A DNA stretch of 64,000 nucleotides from Iphione sp. A-MEVVRFRX5 (Eukaryota). The notes under the pieces are model-generated. The model did not search any database, was not told the origin of the DNA, and saw only the letters and a list, made by a program, of their open reading frames with translations. Below are positions 14,275 through 26,952 of this stretch, piece by piece. The translations under genes and the position numbers were made by a program. Where the stretch lies: the NCBI GenBank assembly GCA_976226885.1, contig OZ320316.1, positions 88,970,001 through 89,034,000 on the forward strand. Reading direction: 5' to 3'. Each line of letters begins with the position of its first letter. Within the stretch, counting starts at the first letter, position 1.

Positions 14275-17200
14275 TCCGCTGCCTCTCGCCTGCATACAAG
14301 ATTGGACCTTTCCTCACATAGCTTATTACATTACATTATTATATCACTTTAATACCTAGAAAATTGCTTCTTTACCATAATATTGCTTTGCTTGAATGCC
14401 ATTTCAAAAACCGACGCTTTAGGTGTAAACTGACAAAACAATTAACGGTAAAAAAATGTCGATCAAGAGAGATTGGCTGTTTATTTTTTTCCCACGTTGA
14501 TTGTGTGACTTTATTTGTCTCTTTTTTTGCTGTAAAACATAAGATATGTGGACGGTATCCTACCATCTTATATCAGCCTTTGTGTTTCTGTAATTTTAAG
14601 TGTTATCTGCAGTATATTCCAAGGAAATGTTTCACACCAGGTTTTCTTGTTTAGATGAATGGCAGATACAATGAAGTATAGTATAGTTTCTAACTGTGTA
14701 GGCTATAGGAAATTCCTATACAAGGAATAAGGTATGACGGAAAGTTTTCATTTCCCCGCCGAGACTTATTTCCACTGGTGAAACCGTACAAAAATGTATA
14801 TTACCAGTTTTTTTCAGAAACGTTTGCTTATGAACTTAAGGAAATTAGTGAGTAGTGCAACGTTACGGCACTTATTCGATATAAAAGGTGTATCGTCCAT
14901 TTTTCAAAGTAAATTGCTGGTCAAGACTAGACATTTATATTGCTGCAGGCTTACTTGATCTTAATTTTTTGTAACATTCGAGTTGGGGCTTTGCCCTTTA
15001 CTCACTTTTAACTACCTTGCTTCATTCCTCTACACTAGTAAACTACAGAGCCCCTGCCAAGTCTTACCAGCTCAGTACTCCAGCACCCCAAGTTAAGGGG
15101 TCTGTGATTATCTACTAAGCAATATTTATGTCTAGCATATGAATGCCGACGTTTTACCTTACCCACATATTAAGCTATAGTTCTAGGTAGGAGGTTCCCC
15201 CCAGGGAAATAATTAGAAGGTGAAACACTGTTTCTATAAGCTGGCGCCATGTGGTTTGGTGGCTTAATTGTCATAGGCCATGCTGGTGAACGGACACTTT
15301 CCGTGCGGCGGCCCCACAGGACGGCTCTTTAATTACAGCAATATCCCCAGGTAATCCAGGCCATTCCTTAATGGGCAGGAAAAAACAAAGAGAATAGGGG
15401 TTCCTGATTAACGAGACCGGGACCTCCCTGATCATTGCATGTTAAGTCGCCAAATCGAGCCAAACCAACCACGAGCAATCATTCTCACTGAACTCACTTG
15501 CTTTGTTTGTACTTCTTTTGCTTATGGTAAAACCCCAGCAGAAATTTTCTCTGGTATGAAAATGGAAAAACACACTTACACTCGAAGCTCACGAGAGGTT
15601 TTATATGTTTCTTTATAATTTATTGATCGCATGGATTTTTTAAGTGATTGCGTTGTGCAAAAATAAAAGATCCTTTTTTCGTGGAAAAATTATGTAACCA
15701 TTGCGATCCTATTATTCTGCTACACAAATAACTCTCCTGCAGACAGATGTACAAATAAATAATCACAGTGCAGTGGAACAAACAGTCACATCTAAGATGT
15801 AATGATCACTAGGGACGGATAAGAAAACCTCTAGGAACTTGGTGTAGAGCTCTTAAGGCCTCTAAAGCGGTCCTGTTTTCTTCTAAAGCTGATGTCCCCT
15901 TTTCTGTCAACTCATAAAAAAACGAGTTCTTAGTTCTCAAACTGGCGTAACGCTGCCAGAAGGATGTAAAATCGCCGACCACGTTTCAAGCAATTTTGAC
16001 TATAAACTGACTACATTGTATTACCGTTTGTTAACAATACTATCCCGAATTCTGAATATCAACTACACATTGTCATTCAAGGACCAATTAAATGATCAAT
16101 ATATAACGAGAACATTTGCTGATCGCACACATTGAAAGGGATTCTCATTCCATGAATTATTACCCAAATAAATAAGACGTCGTCCAATACAAAGAAGAAT
16201 TTCTCCAACCTAAATGTCATGAGGAAGCAGCCGACATCAGAACACCTGAAACCTTCTTCGTTGGAAAGGGTACACCGGAGAACACTGAGACGACTGTCGG
16301 TCAGCTCAGTAAATCATAGGCGAGTTTCTCATCTATCATTCCCAGGCATCTGAAAGAGGCTAAAGGAGAAAGGCCCAACAAAAATTGAATTCTGAATATT
16401 ATATAGCGGTGTATTCTTTTCACTGTGACCCTAGGACAAAGAATGAATAGCCTACCACCATTAGTTTTGCTCACCCGTATCGTCAATGTCAATGTCTCTA
16501 AGCAATCGATTCGTTTTCTATTATCTGTCCCAACCAGTTGGTCCTGCAGATGACAGGACCATACATTATGCAATGGAGGAAGATGGGTATCCAGCAATAT
16601 GTCTATGCCGTCAGGCCGATGGCCCTCTACGCACCAGGCCGCCCGCTGTCCATCAGTCCTGGCGCGACACGAGCAGCTCAGCACATGCCGGCGAGCAGTT
16701 CCCTCTGATTGTACAGGCATCTCTTCCCTTTGAAATATCTTGCCCAGGGGACTACGGGGTCTCAGACGAATACTAATAAAGTTCCATATGAAAGTACATG
16801 TACCAGCTTAACAATATGCCATCAACAGAGAAACTAATGAAATGGCAAGATCAGCTTCTGGATAATTACAGATGACTGCCCCGAAATGGCCTTCTATGTT
16901 CGTAAATGTACGTTTGTATAGTGCATTCTTTGGTCCTATAACAATGCGAGTAATATATGTTATTGACAAACCGCATTCAAAACCGAAATACATGTAAAAT
17001 GCTGATATCTGCCTTGTATTTTGCCCTGTTTATTAAATCAACCTTCAAATATGTCCGAAGAGAAATGTGGAATTGAGTAACATGATATTCTACCTGGCTA
17101 CATGATACGCCTAAAATGAAGTCGACTTCTGTCCGAAATGATGGACATCGTGTCATAGGTGAGGCTTTTCTTAATACTGTTAGAATTTCGTAGCATGGAC

Positions 17201-19035
17201 TTGCATGAAGATATGACTCCAAAACGACTAGGTCTTACTTCTGTTTCTCCTAATCACTTTAGGTACTCAAAGTGGCGGTAACCCTAAATGGAAAGCCAGT
17301 TGTAGCTCACCTTTCTTTTTGCTGCATAATTGAAAGCAGCAGAGCTCCTTCGAATGACCGAACTGTATTTTCATCACTGGAGGACCGTCGTTACAGTTTT
17401 CGAGGACATGTAAACTGAAATAGCTAATGGGAAAATTGCGTGATGAAATGATAATCAATGGAAGAAAGAAAATACCTCGGCGCCTTTCCAGAGAATTTCT
17501 GACGATCACACTTATGTTGCCAACACTGAAATTATATTGCAAGTAGAAGATCGTCTTTCGGCTTGTGGTTCTCCAGGGTTGGCATCGACTCGGTCGTCCA
17601 TTGTCTTTATTTTCGTTTCAACCTATCCCTCCTCATAATGAGATGCTGTTGCGAGAGTCTTGTGAAGTAACAGTTGCCCGTCGGATCTGCAGATATTTTT
17701 ACTCCTCATTAGCCGATAGATATACATAAGAATTAAAGAAGTGCAGGTAGTCCCGAATGTATTTTTTTCTCGCCAATAGAAGGTTGTTGGAGACGAATAG
17801 GCAGATGGACATCCGTCTAGAGCCTATTGGGAGCTACCTGAGCAGCTCACCTGAGCAATCAGGGCAGCTGTGGCTAGGCAGACACCCTATTGATGATGTC
17901 TTTGTCTGACACGTAAACCGAAATAAGGCAGTAATTCAACCACGTGACAAGCACAATGGCCGGAGGAGGAAACTAGGCCCGCCGCTCACGCCAGGCCCAT
18001 GCTGCGGCGGAGGCGGTGTGCACACTAGTGTGTTAATTAAGACGGTCTAATGGGCCTTGGGAGTGGGGAGAATGCAATTGAGAAGGCGGGAAATGCAATC
18101 TGTGCTGCTCTGCGGGTGGCTGCTGCGATCGGCTCGAGTAGGACAAACTGGCGTCGCTTTAGAGTAGTCGACTTCCGCCGGCTGCCTGTCTTTTTTAACA
18201 ATCGACGCGAGGCTGCCAGGAATCATATTGCTTCTTGACAGAGCACACGCACCGGTCACACGTTTCCCGTTCACCATGACAACCTGAAGAACCATGCTGA
18301 GCACCTGATCAAATCGCTGCTCTTAATGATCAGTTTCAATCATGTCTCAGCGTTCATTTACCATTCAGAACGTTTCATGAGCCGAAGAAGAAGAATTCAC
18401 AGCCGTCTGGTTATTTCCATAACCCCCACGATTAAGGGTAAAATCCACTTGGTAATCATGTCTTAGTGTTTATTCAATAGGCGCAGATGGGCCATGAGCT
18501 GAAGTGGTCAAAGTGTCATATAATTACATTTGCAGCAATGTCTGTTCGAAGGCGTCCAGTCAGGTGCCGTGTGTGAACTCCTCTGTGTGTTACTCTAACC
18601 GAGAAAGGTTCCCACTTTATAGTCACCCCAGGGAGACGTAAAGCGTTTAATGCAGTTAGAACAAGATCTGATTCCATTAGCCGAGATCAGGACTATCGGA
18701 TGGGTGAAGGGTCAGCAATGGCCATTGAGAACAATACCATTTGGCTGGGACTACCCCGCGCAAGTGGGTATACTTTCCAGACGAGTCTTTCACACGAGTT
18801 TCTTCGTGACCTTGTGCTGGTTCCATCTATAGTAGACTCTCCCACGTTAGTAAACGTAGTCTACTCGGTATTTTTGTCCTTGATATGATTCGCCACGAAG
18901 GCTGGTTGTCAAATTTGCATCTCGGAAATAGTTGTTTAATTACCATTTTTTAGGAGACATTGATATTTATGTATATATAGGGGAAAATGATACTTCTTCT
19001 CATGCCTGTGAAATTCAACTGAACCAAAACCTACA

Positions 19036-19205
19036 CAGTGAAACTTCCGTTAAAGAGCTTTCTGTTATAGACAAGTTTCTTCAGAATGGAATAAATTACT
19101 TTGTTTGAATACTGAAGGACCCTCTCCCCCCCCCAAAGACTTCCTCTTATACAGGCCACTTTTCATACAGAAGGAACGCTATATAGAGAGCTTCTTCTCT
19201 ATACG
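19036..19205. mobile_element. Possible decayed Tc1/pogo-type MITE
   Basis: Left end cagtgaaacttccgttaaag resembles the left TIR of the MITE at 26776. The right TIR is poorly preserved. Confidence 0.3.
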
Positions 19206-21942
19206 TCCATACAGTGTAGGTGTATGTACATAAATTATAATGTGCTATTCGATGCGTTCGACTCCTGCCTCTCACATCGTTTGAGGAGTAGTGAATACAA
19301 TCTGTAACTTGATTTCAATTAATAGCTCTTTCAAGGAATATGGACGATGTTCAGCTGTACAGATTCTGTTCAATATCATCTTAGAATTCACTAAACACAG
19401 CGCAGAAGTAAACAAAAAACACTTAATATTCCAGCACCTCACTATTGGAAGCATAGTCGGTTAGTTCCAAGCGATGTCATAATAACGAGGGGTTAGTGTA
19501 AACATTTCAGAGTGAGTTTTGAAACGTTCAATCAGTACTAGAGATAAAGTTAGCCGTCTAACCATCATACTACATCAGCCTCAGGTAAGAATCTATATTT
19601 GACATTTATTCAACTGCTCCTGCTGATTCATGAATAATCAGAAAATGTTTGAAATTTTATTAAAAGAAACAGTTTTTGAATAAAGTCAGCTATATTATAA
19701 ATTAGTGGCGCAGTTCTAATTCATTTTTCTGTAATTGTGACTACAACGTTTAAAAAAGCATTACCATACGTGATTATACATTACCGAAAATACATGCATA
19801 CGGTAGGTACCATGTATACAGTAGACACAATGTCAGTGGGACTGGCCACGTGTCGCTCCTTCATCTGTAAGGAAGCCCCGTGGAATGCATAGTGACAAGG
19901 TTCTAGGGCAATGATCAATGGTGAACAATCATGATTAAGATCCGGATCCATGTCATGCTCCCAGGGGCTGGGCGACACGTGAAGATTAGATGTATGGCGC
20001 GCTATGCACCTTGAACTCGATTAGCTTTCCACGGCCGACCAGGTAGTGATCCGCACTGCGCAGTGCAGCGGGCGGTCCGGGCGGGCCATATAAATCAGTC
20101 GGGCCGCCCTCGGCGCAGCACCGCTGCTGGGGCAGCCAGGATCAGAGTGATGGAATATTCGCCGAATGTGTGGGATCCAATAGGCTTGGGTGCTGAGCTG
20201 ATGGATCAGAGCCCGCCGTCCGCCCACTCTAACCCACGCCTGTCACCATTGTAGCAGTGATGGCTATGCTGTGCGGCCTGCAACGTGCACCAACCAAGCT
20301 GTTAACCCATATCTAGGTGCGCCGGTCCATGCTGATACAAGCGGCCATAAACATGTTCCCGCCTTGGCGGCGTCTGCCATTGAATGGTCACTAAATCTTG
20401 CTTATACAGAAACGAGTGTTTTAAGCCCTTTATATGCTGTGCCAATTAGCCTTGTGCGATGTGCTCCAACAGTTACTAGCATACTACAAATCATTTCACT
20501 CGCATTAACTTCTATGAAACCCATCAACTGGGATGCATCGAATTTTCAAAACAACAACATGAAATTGAACAATGCAGCCTAAATGCCACAAAGGACGTAA
20601 TTGACTTCATATCAACCTGACTGAGGGGAGTGGAATTTACCATTTCTTTGCAGGGACACCTGCACACAATATTTCTTCATATTCTTTCTTGACCTCAAAT
20701 ATCATGTAAAAATACTCAGTCGAAAGAGGTATTTTGGAGTCTCCCTCTGCTTTAAAACATCCAGTATCTGTTTTGATAGGCGAGTTCGAACGTGCTTTGC
20801 ATACGTAATCTAGAGTATATTCTTTTCACCGGGCTATTGCACTGGACCAGCCACGTATACAAGTAATCTACAAGAGATGCTCCAAACCCACATCCGTCAG
20901 GTAGGTAGACTCTACCTGCCAGACCCACTATTCTAAACAACTCATCAGTAGCAACATCCGTCAGCTAGGTGCGCCCAGCTTGCCAAAAATTCTATTCGGA
21001 ACAACGCATCGATGAATAGGCACAACGTAAAGAAATGATTAATGAAGGGAGACATAATTAGATTTCTCTATAACATGCTTCCGCTGCGTGTGGCGCAGGT
21101 GACTCACCGTTGTCTTTAATAACATATATCAGGAAAATAATCCTGTCTTCAGCATAAAATCCGGACTCGCCCTCCTCGGAGCTAATGAAAGCCAATACCG
21201 GTTGTTGCCGGATGGAAATTATCTATTCCCATCTACAATATAGAGCCTAGTTAAGAACGATGACTGACTCAGTCGTCGTTTTGAGTCAGGATTGTTCTCC
21301 GGGGACCGATCCTTTGGGCCGTAAATCAGTCCACCACATACTCTCAACGTCAACAATAACACTGGCCCATTACAGCTTTTCTTTATTTGAGGATAGTTGC
21401 TGCGGACTATGTCAACGAGACCGCCCACGGGCTGTTCGGTTGGCGGTCAGGACCATCTCTCATGATGGATGCCCCTCTCACGAGCCACGCGGTTGAATAG
21501 GCAATCGCAAGTGAGTTATGTGCGGATCACGAAATCGGAGGAAAAGACAGTTCAGACAATGGATGTCTGTATCCTCTATATGTACTCAAAGAGATGGCAG
21601 CAGTCCGCGAGAGTCAGCAGGAATTTGATATGAACGACTGTCTTGGCCTTGTCAGATGCATTTCATGAAAAAAAGGTTAACTCGAATGCTGCGTCTTAAT
21701 GCGACGGAATTTGCATATCTACCCATGTATTTTCACTTTTGCGAAGAATGATCGATGTATTAGCTTGCATGGTGGTCATCATTCACATCCTCTTTTTTTA
21801 AAGGCCTCCCATCTCACCTCACTTGAGCTACAACCGGAGGGTTGGGGTGGGGTGGTCTCGCCTATTTGTTACTAACGGCTGTTATGTTTGATTGCGTCCT
21901 GATAGAGCTTTTGAAATTGATGGTGTTGTTGTCTGGCTGCAG

Positions 21943-22164
21943 GAGGTGCTGAAGTATGGGATGGGCGGCCTCCGGGACCCCCGGGACCAAGCTAGGAACG
22001 GTACGGAAGGGGCGGGCTTCGTGCGGGCCCACGCCTACCGCGACCCTAGAGAGCCGAGGGATCAGCCTAGGGATGGTCGTCATCTGCCCCGCCACCGGCT
22101 ACTTTATGACCCTGTCCAGGGAACTGTCGCCAAGCACATCCACCTCGGCGGCAAAGACCTAGAG
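21943..22164 (+). CDS. Pcdh: Candidate protocadherin cytoplasmic cassette exon (74 aa, phase 0-0)
   Basis: Acceptor ttgttgtctggctgcag|GAG and donor GAG|gtgggt. Length 222 nt (multiple of 3), open, GC-rich against an AT-rich intron. Encodes EVLKYGMGGLRDPRDQ...KHIHLGGKDLE, and phases match the flanking exons. Confidence 0.6.
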
Positions 22165-25100
22165 GTGGGTAACAGCGGGCGTCGTGGCATGGTCGTCACC
22201 AAAGCAAGCACGAGCAACAGTTCTAATATCATCACCGGTGCTGAGATGGTTGTTAAGGTGACCAGCTACACTGGCACACTACTAACACTCTCGCTGCCTC
22301 CCCAATCATCTTTCACTGCTTCGGTATCATCTGCACCAGATAGTACGCACTACAGCCCCGAGGGAGCGACACATCCAGAGAAAAATGTCTCACCTAACTG
22401 ATAGCGACTCCTTAGCTGCTGACAGATGACCGAACCTTGTTGGCAAACACTAGTCTTTACATTCAAAATATTTATACCTACACCTTATCACGGCTAGGAT
22501 ACGACCTCTACTCATCGTATGTGTTGCATAATGCTTTTTTTCTCAATCTGACCTATGTTAACCAAAATTAACCCGGGCACACACATGCCACATTCTTCCT
22601 CAAGTACATGTACAAGTATTCGTGTTAATCCCTGGCCACTTGCGCTTGATATTCATTTGCACATTGTAATAAATGTTTATACTAATGGATATCAGCAGAT
22701 TGTTTGGAGCTACTGAATATACTGAAATGCCTAACTCTTTCACTGTTACTAATATCAAGATGCCTAGGCAACGCATCTGCGATAGAAGGTGAGCCGTCTT
22801 CGCCGCGAAAAGAGTGTAAGTAGTATAGGCGGAAGAATTTGCATCTGGTTCGTTTTAGCATGAGTAGAGTCTTTAGCCAGACGGATTCTGTTGGTGTACA
22901 CTCATGGTAGACTTAGTATCATTTAACCTGTAAGAGGGCTGTGCTTTGCCTGGTTTATTTATTGCTAATGAATTTTTAACCCCTGGCGTAAAGGAAATGT
23001 ATTGGCCACTGACAAAGGCGACGCAGAAGTTGCAGCGCCCGGGCAGTTTGGGCCAGGGTTGAGGCACTAATGGCCATACTGGTAATGTTTATTCGGGTGG
23101 GTCCCACCGGCATTTCACATTACCGGGTCGGGCGGGGCCATCAAGGCAGGAGGTCTACACCTGCGAGCCGGGCGGGGCTGTCTCCGGCTCTCCAAATGTT
23201 GACTGTGCTGCCGGGCTGTCTTGCCGCACGCACCGCGACCCCATAGTCAGCGCGCGCGTTGGCTACGCCCACTGATCTCCGCCCGGGCTTTGTCGGCCGC
23301 CACCTCTATTATGGTCACGATCTCGCCGGCTCCGGAAGTCAGCGCTTGTTTAAGGTCGGCGTAAATACTCGAGTCCGTGTCAGCAGCAGGGCGCCTAGCC
23401 ACCAATATTCCGTAATCTGACTGCTTGCCTAAAGGCTGCTGACTTTTAAAGCAATCCCTGTGCCACTAAATGAATAGGAGCAAAGGGGTTGCGAGTCCTT
23501 TGATGCTTCCAATAAGAACCGTATTAAAGGTCACTTTATTCGCCCTCTGAACAACCCGACGTTGTTGGACTACTGGAGAAACCTCATTGGTTCTTATCAG
23601 GCCAAGAGGCTGACCTTTACATATAGCCACATCACCAGCTTACACTATTTCAATTTAGGTCTCTGTCAGTACACTATTGTACAAAGATTGTCACGGTGCC
23701 GCCTCGAATGTCTGGTGGGACGAATCAATTAATCAAGGGCCGTTTGGCAGGGATCACGACATTAATTGATTTTGCGGTCCCTTGCGGGGTCAGTATAGTC
23801 TGAGGTGTGCGATCCTCGAACCCAAGGCTTTCAGCACTGGGCATCTTCTCCGAGGCGACCTCGAGCTCGGAGGGCTGAGATCACTGTTCTTTCCGGGCAT
23901 GCAGCCAACCGGTTCATAGTACCATGCAAATTTGTCCAGCCAACCAATTTGTTTGCACGAACACGGTTTTCCTTCTGATGCCATGCAAGTGGCAACGAGG
24001 AAACGAGAATGTCATTCAGAATTCCCTTTGAACAAAACTATATATGACTCACAAACTAAGGTTTTATAGTGGGGATATGCATGCTAATGGTTGTATGCAG
24101 CTCCTCCGTGACAATGGAAACCCGGTGCCGTATTGGAGCGGATTTTTTTTATTAACTTACTGCCGTAGGACTCTAACATCGTTGGTGATAACAACTTACT
24201 TTCGCATTTTATGCTATTTTATCATGACAAGTTAGCAGCCAGTCGCTTCGCAGTCCCTACATCATACAATGTCGCATAAAAACCGGTCACGGAAGAAATG
24301 GGTTAAAATGTAGCGTCAAGATGAATACTGTAAGAAACATAACGTCCGAATCGCATGCGTCGAGGCATGCGTCTAAATGTACATTAATGAACTAGTCACG
24401 GCCCTGCCCATAAATCTCAAGGAAAACGAGAACTCAGCAAACACCTCAGGTCAGTGGAGAAATCCCTGAGGTCATTGTTCCTGCGACACTGCAATCTGCT
24501 CGTGTGGCCCGTATGGTGAGCAAGGCGTACCACATTGCCGCCCCACCCACGCCCCCCGCATATATCATGCAGCGACGCACTTTTGCATCCGCTTCCTCCA
24601 CCTTTTCCCTCATTACTGTCACTATGCGCACACATGAAAGCCAGTATTTAGTCGCACTAATTTCCAGTCTGAACCTGCAGACAAAGATTTACTCTCCTTC
24701 CTGTTGAATTAGCAATGACGTTGGTCGCGAGCCATGTGTATTGAGGAGGTAGACAGAGCACCTGCAGACCGAGAAGGGGAGGCTGGAATAGAAACTGCAC
24801 GAGGTACAGACAGGCCTTAAGCGAACTACAACCCTTGTCCAGAAATATTGATTACAAATATTTGACGCAGCTGCGAACTCTCTTCTTTTACCGTTCCTGT
24901 TCCCTGCACTTCAAGAAGTTTGTTGTTGATTCTGCGAGCTCTTAGCAAGCCTCTCGTCGTTATGCTGAGTAAAATTCTGTGTTTCTGTGTGAAATCTCAT
25001 CGGTAATGGACAGGGAACGCGGAAAATACCTCTGACTAAGCGTTTTAGGTTAGTCATGCATCTTGCTCATTTACATCCGTCGCATGTTATTCTACTAGTG

Positions 25101-25878
25101 TTTAAAAAAGCACTGCAATTCAAGATAATTTTAAGACTGTGTACTAACATTTTCCAACAAGAAAAATCTCAAGACGACAAGGAAACATCTTTGAATAGCT
25201 CATCCATCCTACAGAAATGCCTCATAAGAGACAACGTTCTGAGACACATTTTAACCCATTAAACAACCTAGTGGAAATTGTTTACTAGCTTCTAACGCTA
25301 AATGCATCCATTCAGGTAATTTTTCTTTCAAATAATTTATCTTTCTTGCTTCACCGATCTTGCTTACCTGAAAAGCTCCAGCCACTTAACGGATAATCAA
25401 TAACATCCGCACCAACCATTCCAATTGCCGTATTGAAAGTTTCTTACCCGTTTGGGTATGGACTACTCCATATAATCGAATTAATGGCTTCAAGATAAAA
25501 CAATAGACGTTCTCCTCTTAATCTTTCTTAACGCACAATAGTTCTGTTCTTCATAATTTTCAGTAACATCTAATTTTACAAATATTACAGACTCAATAAC
25601 GGCTCTCTTAGTCCTCTGTTCGGAAAGTTAGGCTACGAATATAGTAATCTCATTTATAAACTGCATCGGTTCCAGTTTAGTCAAGCGCAATGGGCAGCTA
25701 TAGCCAACGTTTGTTAGCCAGCAGAAATCCGTGCATGACGCCAGGTAACCGGATGAGGGGACTTCCTGATTTCCCCGCGGGCGGCCTCCCGCTGCTCTTC
25801 CGCGGGTCGCACCAGTCCGCGTATAGAATAGCAAAGCGTGCTGCGAAGTACTATGTTTTCTTCTCCGTTCTGTTGCAG

Positions 25879-26053
25879 GTTCACCAGCTACTGCACATCC
25901 TGATGAGAGAGGGCCGTGGGGGCCAGGACTCGGACAGTGTGTCTGGCTGCTCGGCTGACATGTCCAACGCTGACTCGGGTCGCGGTCCAAGCGAGGATGG
26001 AGACCACGGCAGGCATGATACTGACACCGGCAGCCTGCAACCGCCCCCGTACG
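25879..26053 (+). CDS. Pcdh: Protocadherin cytoplasmic exon with CM1-like motif
   Basis: Acceptor ttctccgttctgttgcag|GTT (phase 0), donor TACG|gtgagt (phase 1). Encodes VHQLLHILMREG...SNADSGRGPSEDGD, resembling the delta-protocadherin CM1 motif (e.g. DSGHGDSEQGD in vertebrate Pcdh10/19). Confidence 0.85.
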
Positions 26054-26775
26054 GTGAGTCTTCCACGTGGCCATTGGTAGAGACAACATACTAATGAGAT
26101 CCTAGATACCACTGCCTGCACAGATGTAAATACGACCTACATCTTTCCTTAAGCACTTTTTCCTCACGAGATCTACATTGTAACGTCTCAATATTTTTCT
26201 CATGAATATATAGAACGGCTAAGGAAACGCAAAGTGGTTTAATTCGCAAAGTGCATAAGTATGCAAATATTGTTCAGTTGTGACCCATGTTTAGGTTCAT
26301 GTATGCATGTCCTTGTGGCCACTTTCTGTTTCTTCATGTTCGCTTTGAATTGCTTCAGAGATTGTAGCGTAGAATGAGCCAGGAGGCGCAACTAGAGTCT
26401 ATACGCAGTCTGCAAAGTCCCTTATTTGGTGGGGTTTCCTATTTTTAGATTTAGGGCCATCCCCTCGTGACAAATTGTTGCATTTAAAGCTCCCAAATTT
26501 ATTACAGATATCAGCGAAAGGAACAGAAAGAGAAGGCAAATGACAAATGGCAACAACAAAGAATTGTTCTTGTTTTTAGGTGTTAATGTAAGAAGTTCGG
26601 TGGCTTTCAATTTGAGACTTAACTGCTAATCTGTAGTAGGATATGCCTGTCGTGATATTACATTTTACGAGTGTGCCCTCTTGTCTACAGGAACCACCTA
26701 TGGAATAAGTCAGTAATAGGAGTATAAGAAGCGTTAAAGTTCCAATGTACAAAAGAAAGACTCAAATAAGACGTA

Positions 26776-26952
26776 CAGTGAAAACCCTATTTGTGACCAC
26801 ACTGATTTACAACCAAACTCCATTTACGACCATTTATGATGGGAACAAAAATTATAGTTTTTATCAAATTTCTTATTGATTTACGACCAAATTGGCCATT
26901 TCAACCACTTTTGCTTGGTCCAGAGTAGTGATCGCAAATAGGCGTTCAACTG
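26776..26952. mobile_element. Tc1/mariner (pogo/Tigger-like) MITE, 177 bp
   Basis: TA|CAGTGAAAACCCTATTTGTGACCAC ... GTGATCGCAAATAGGCGTTCAACTG|TA. The 25-bp TIRs match at 19/25 positions, there is a TA target duplication on both sides, and no coding capacity. Confidence 0.75.
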
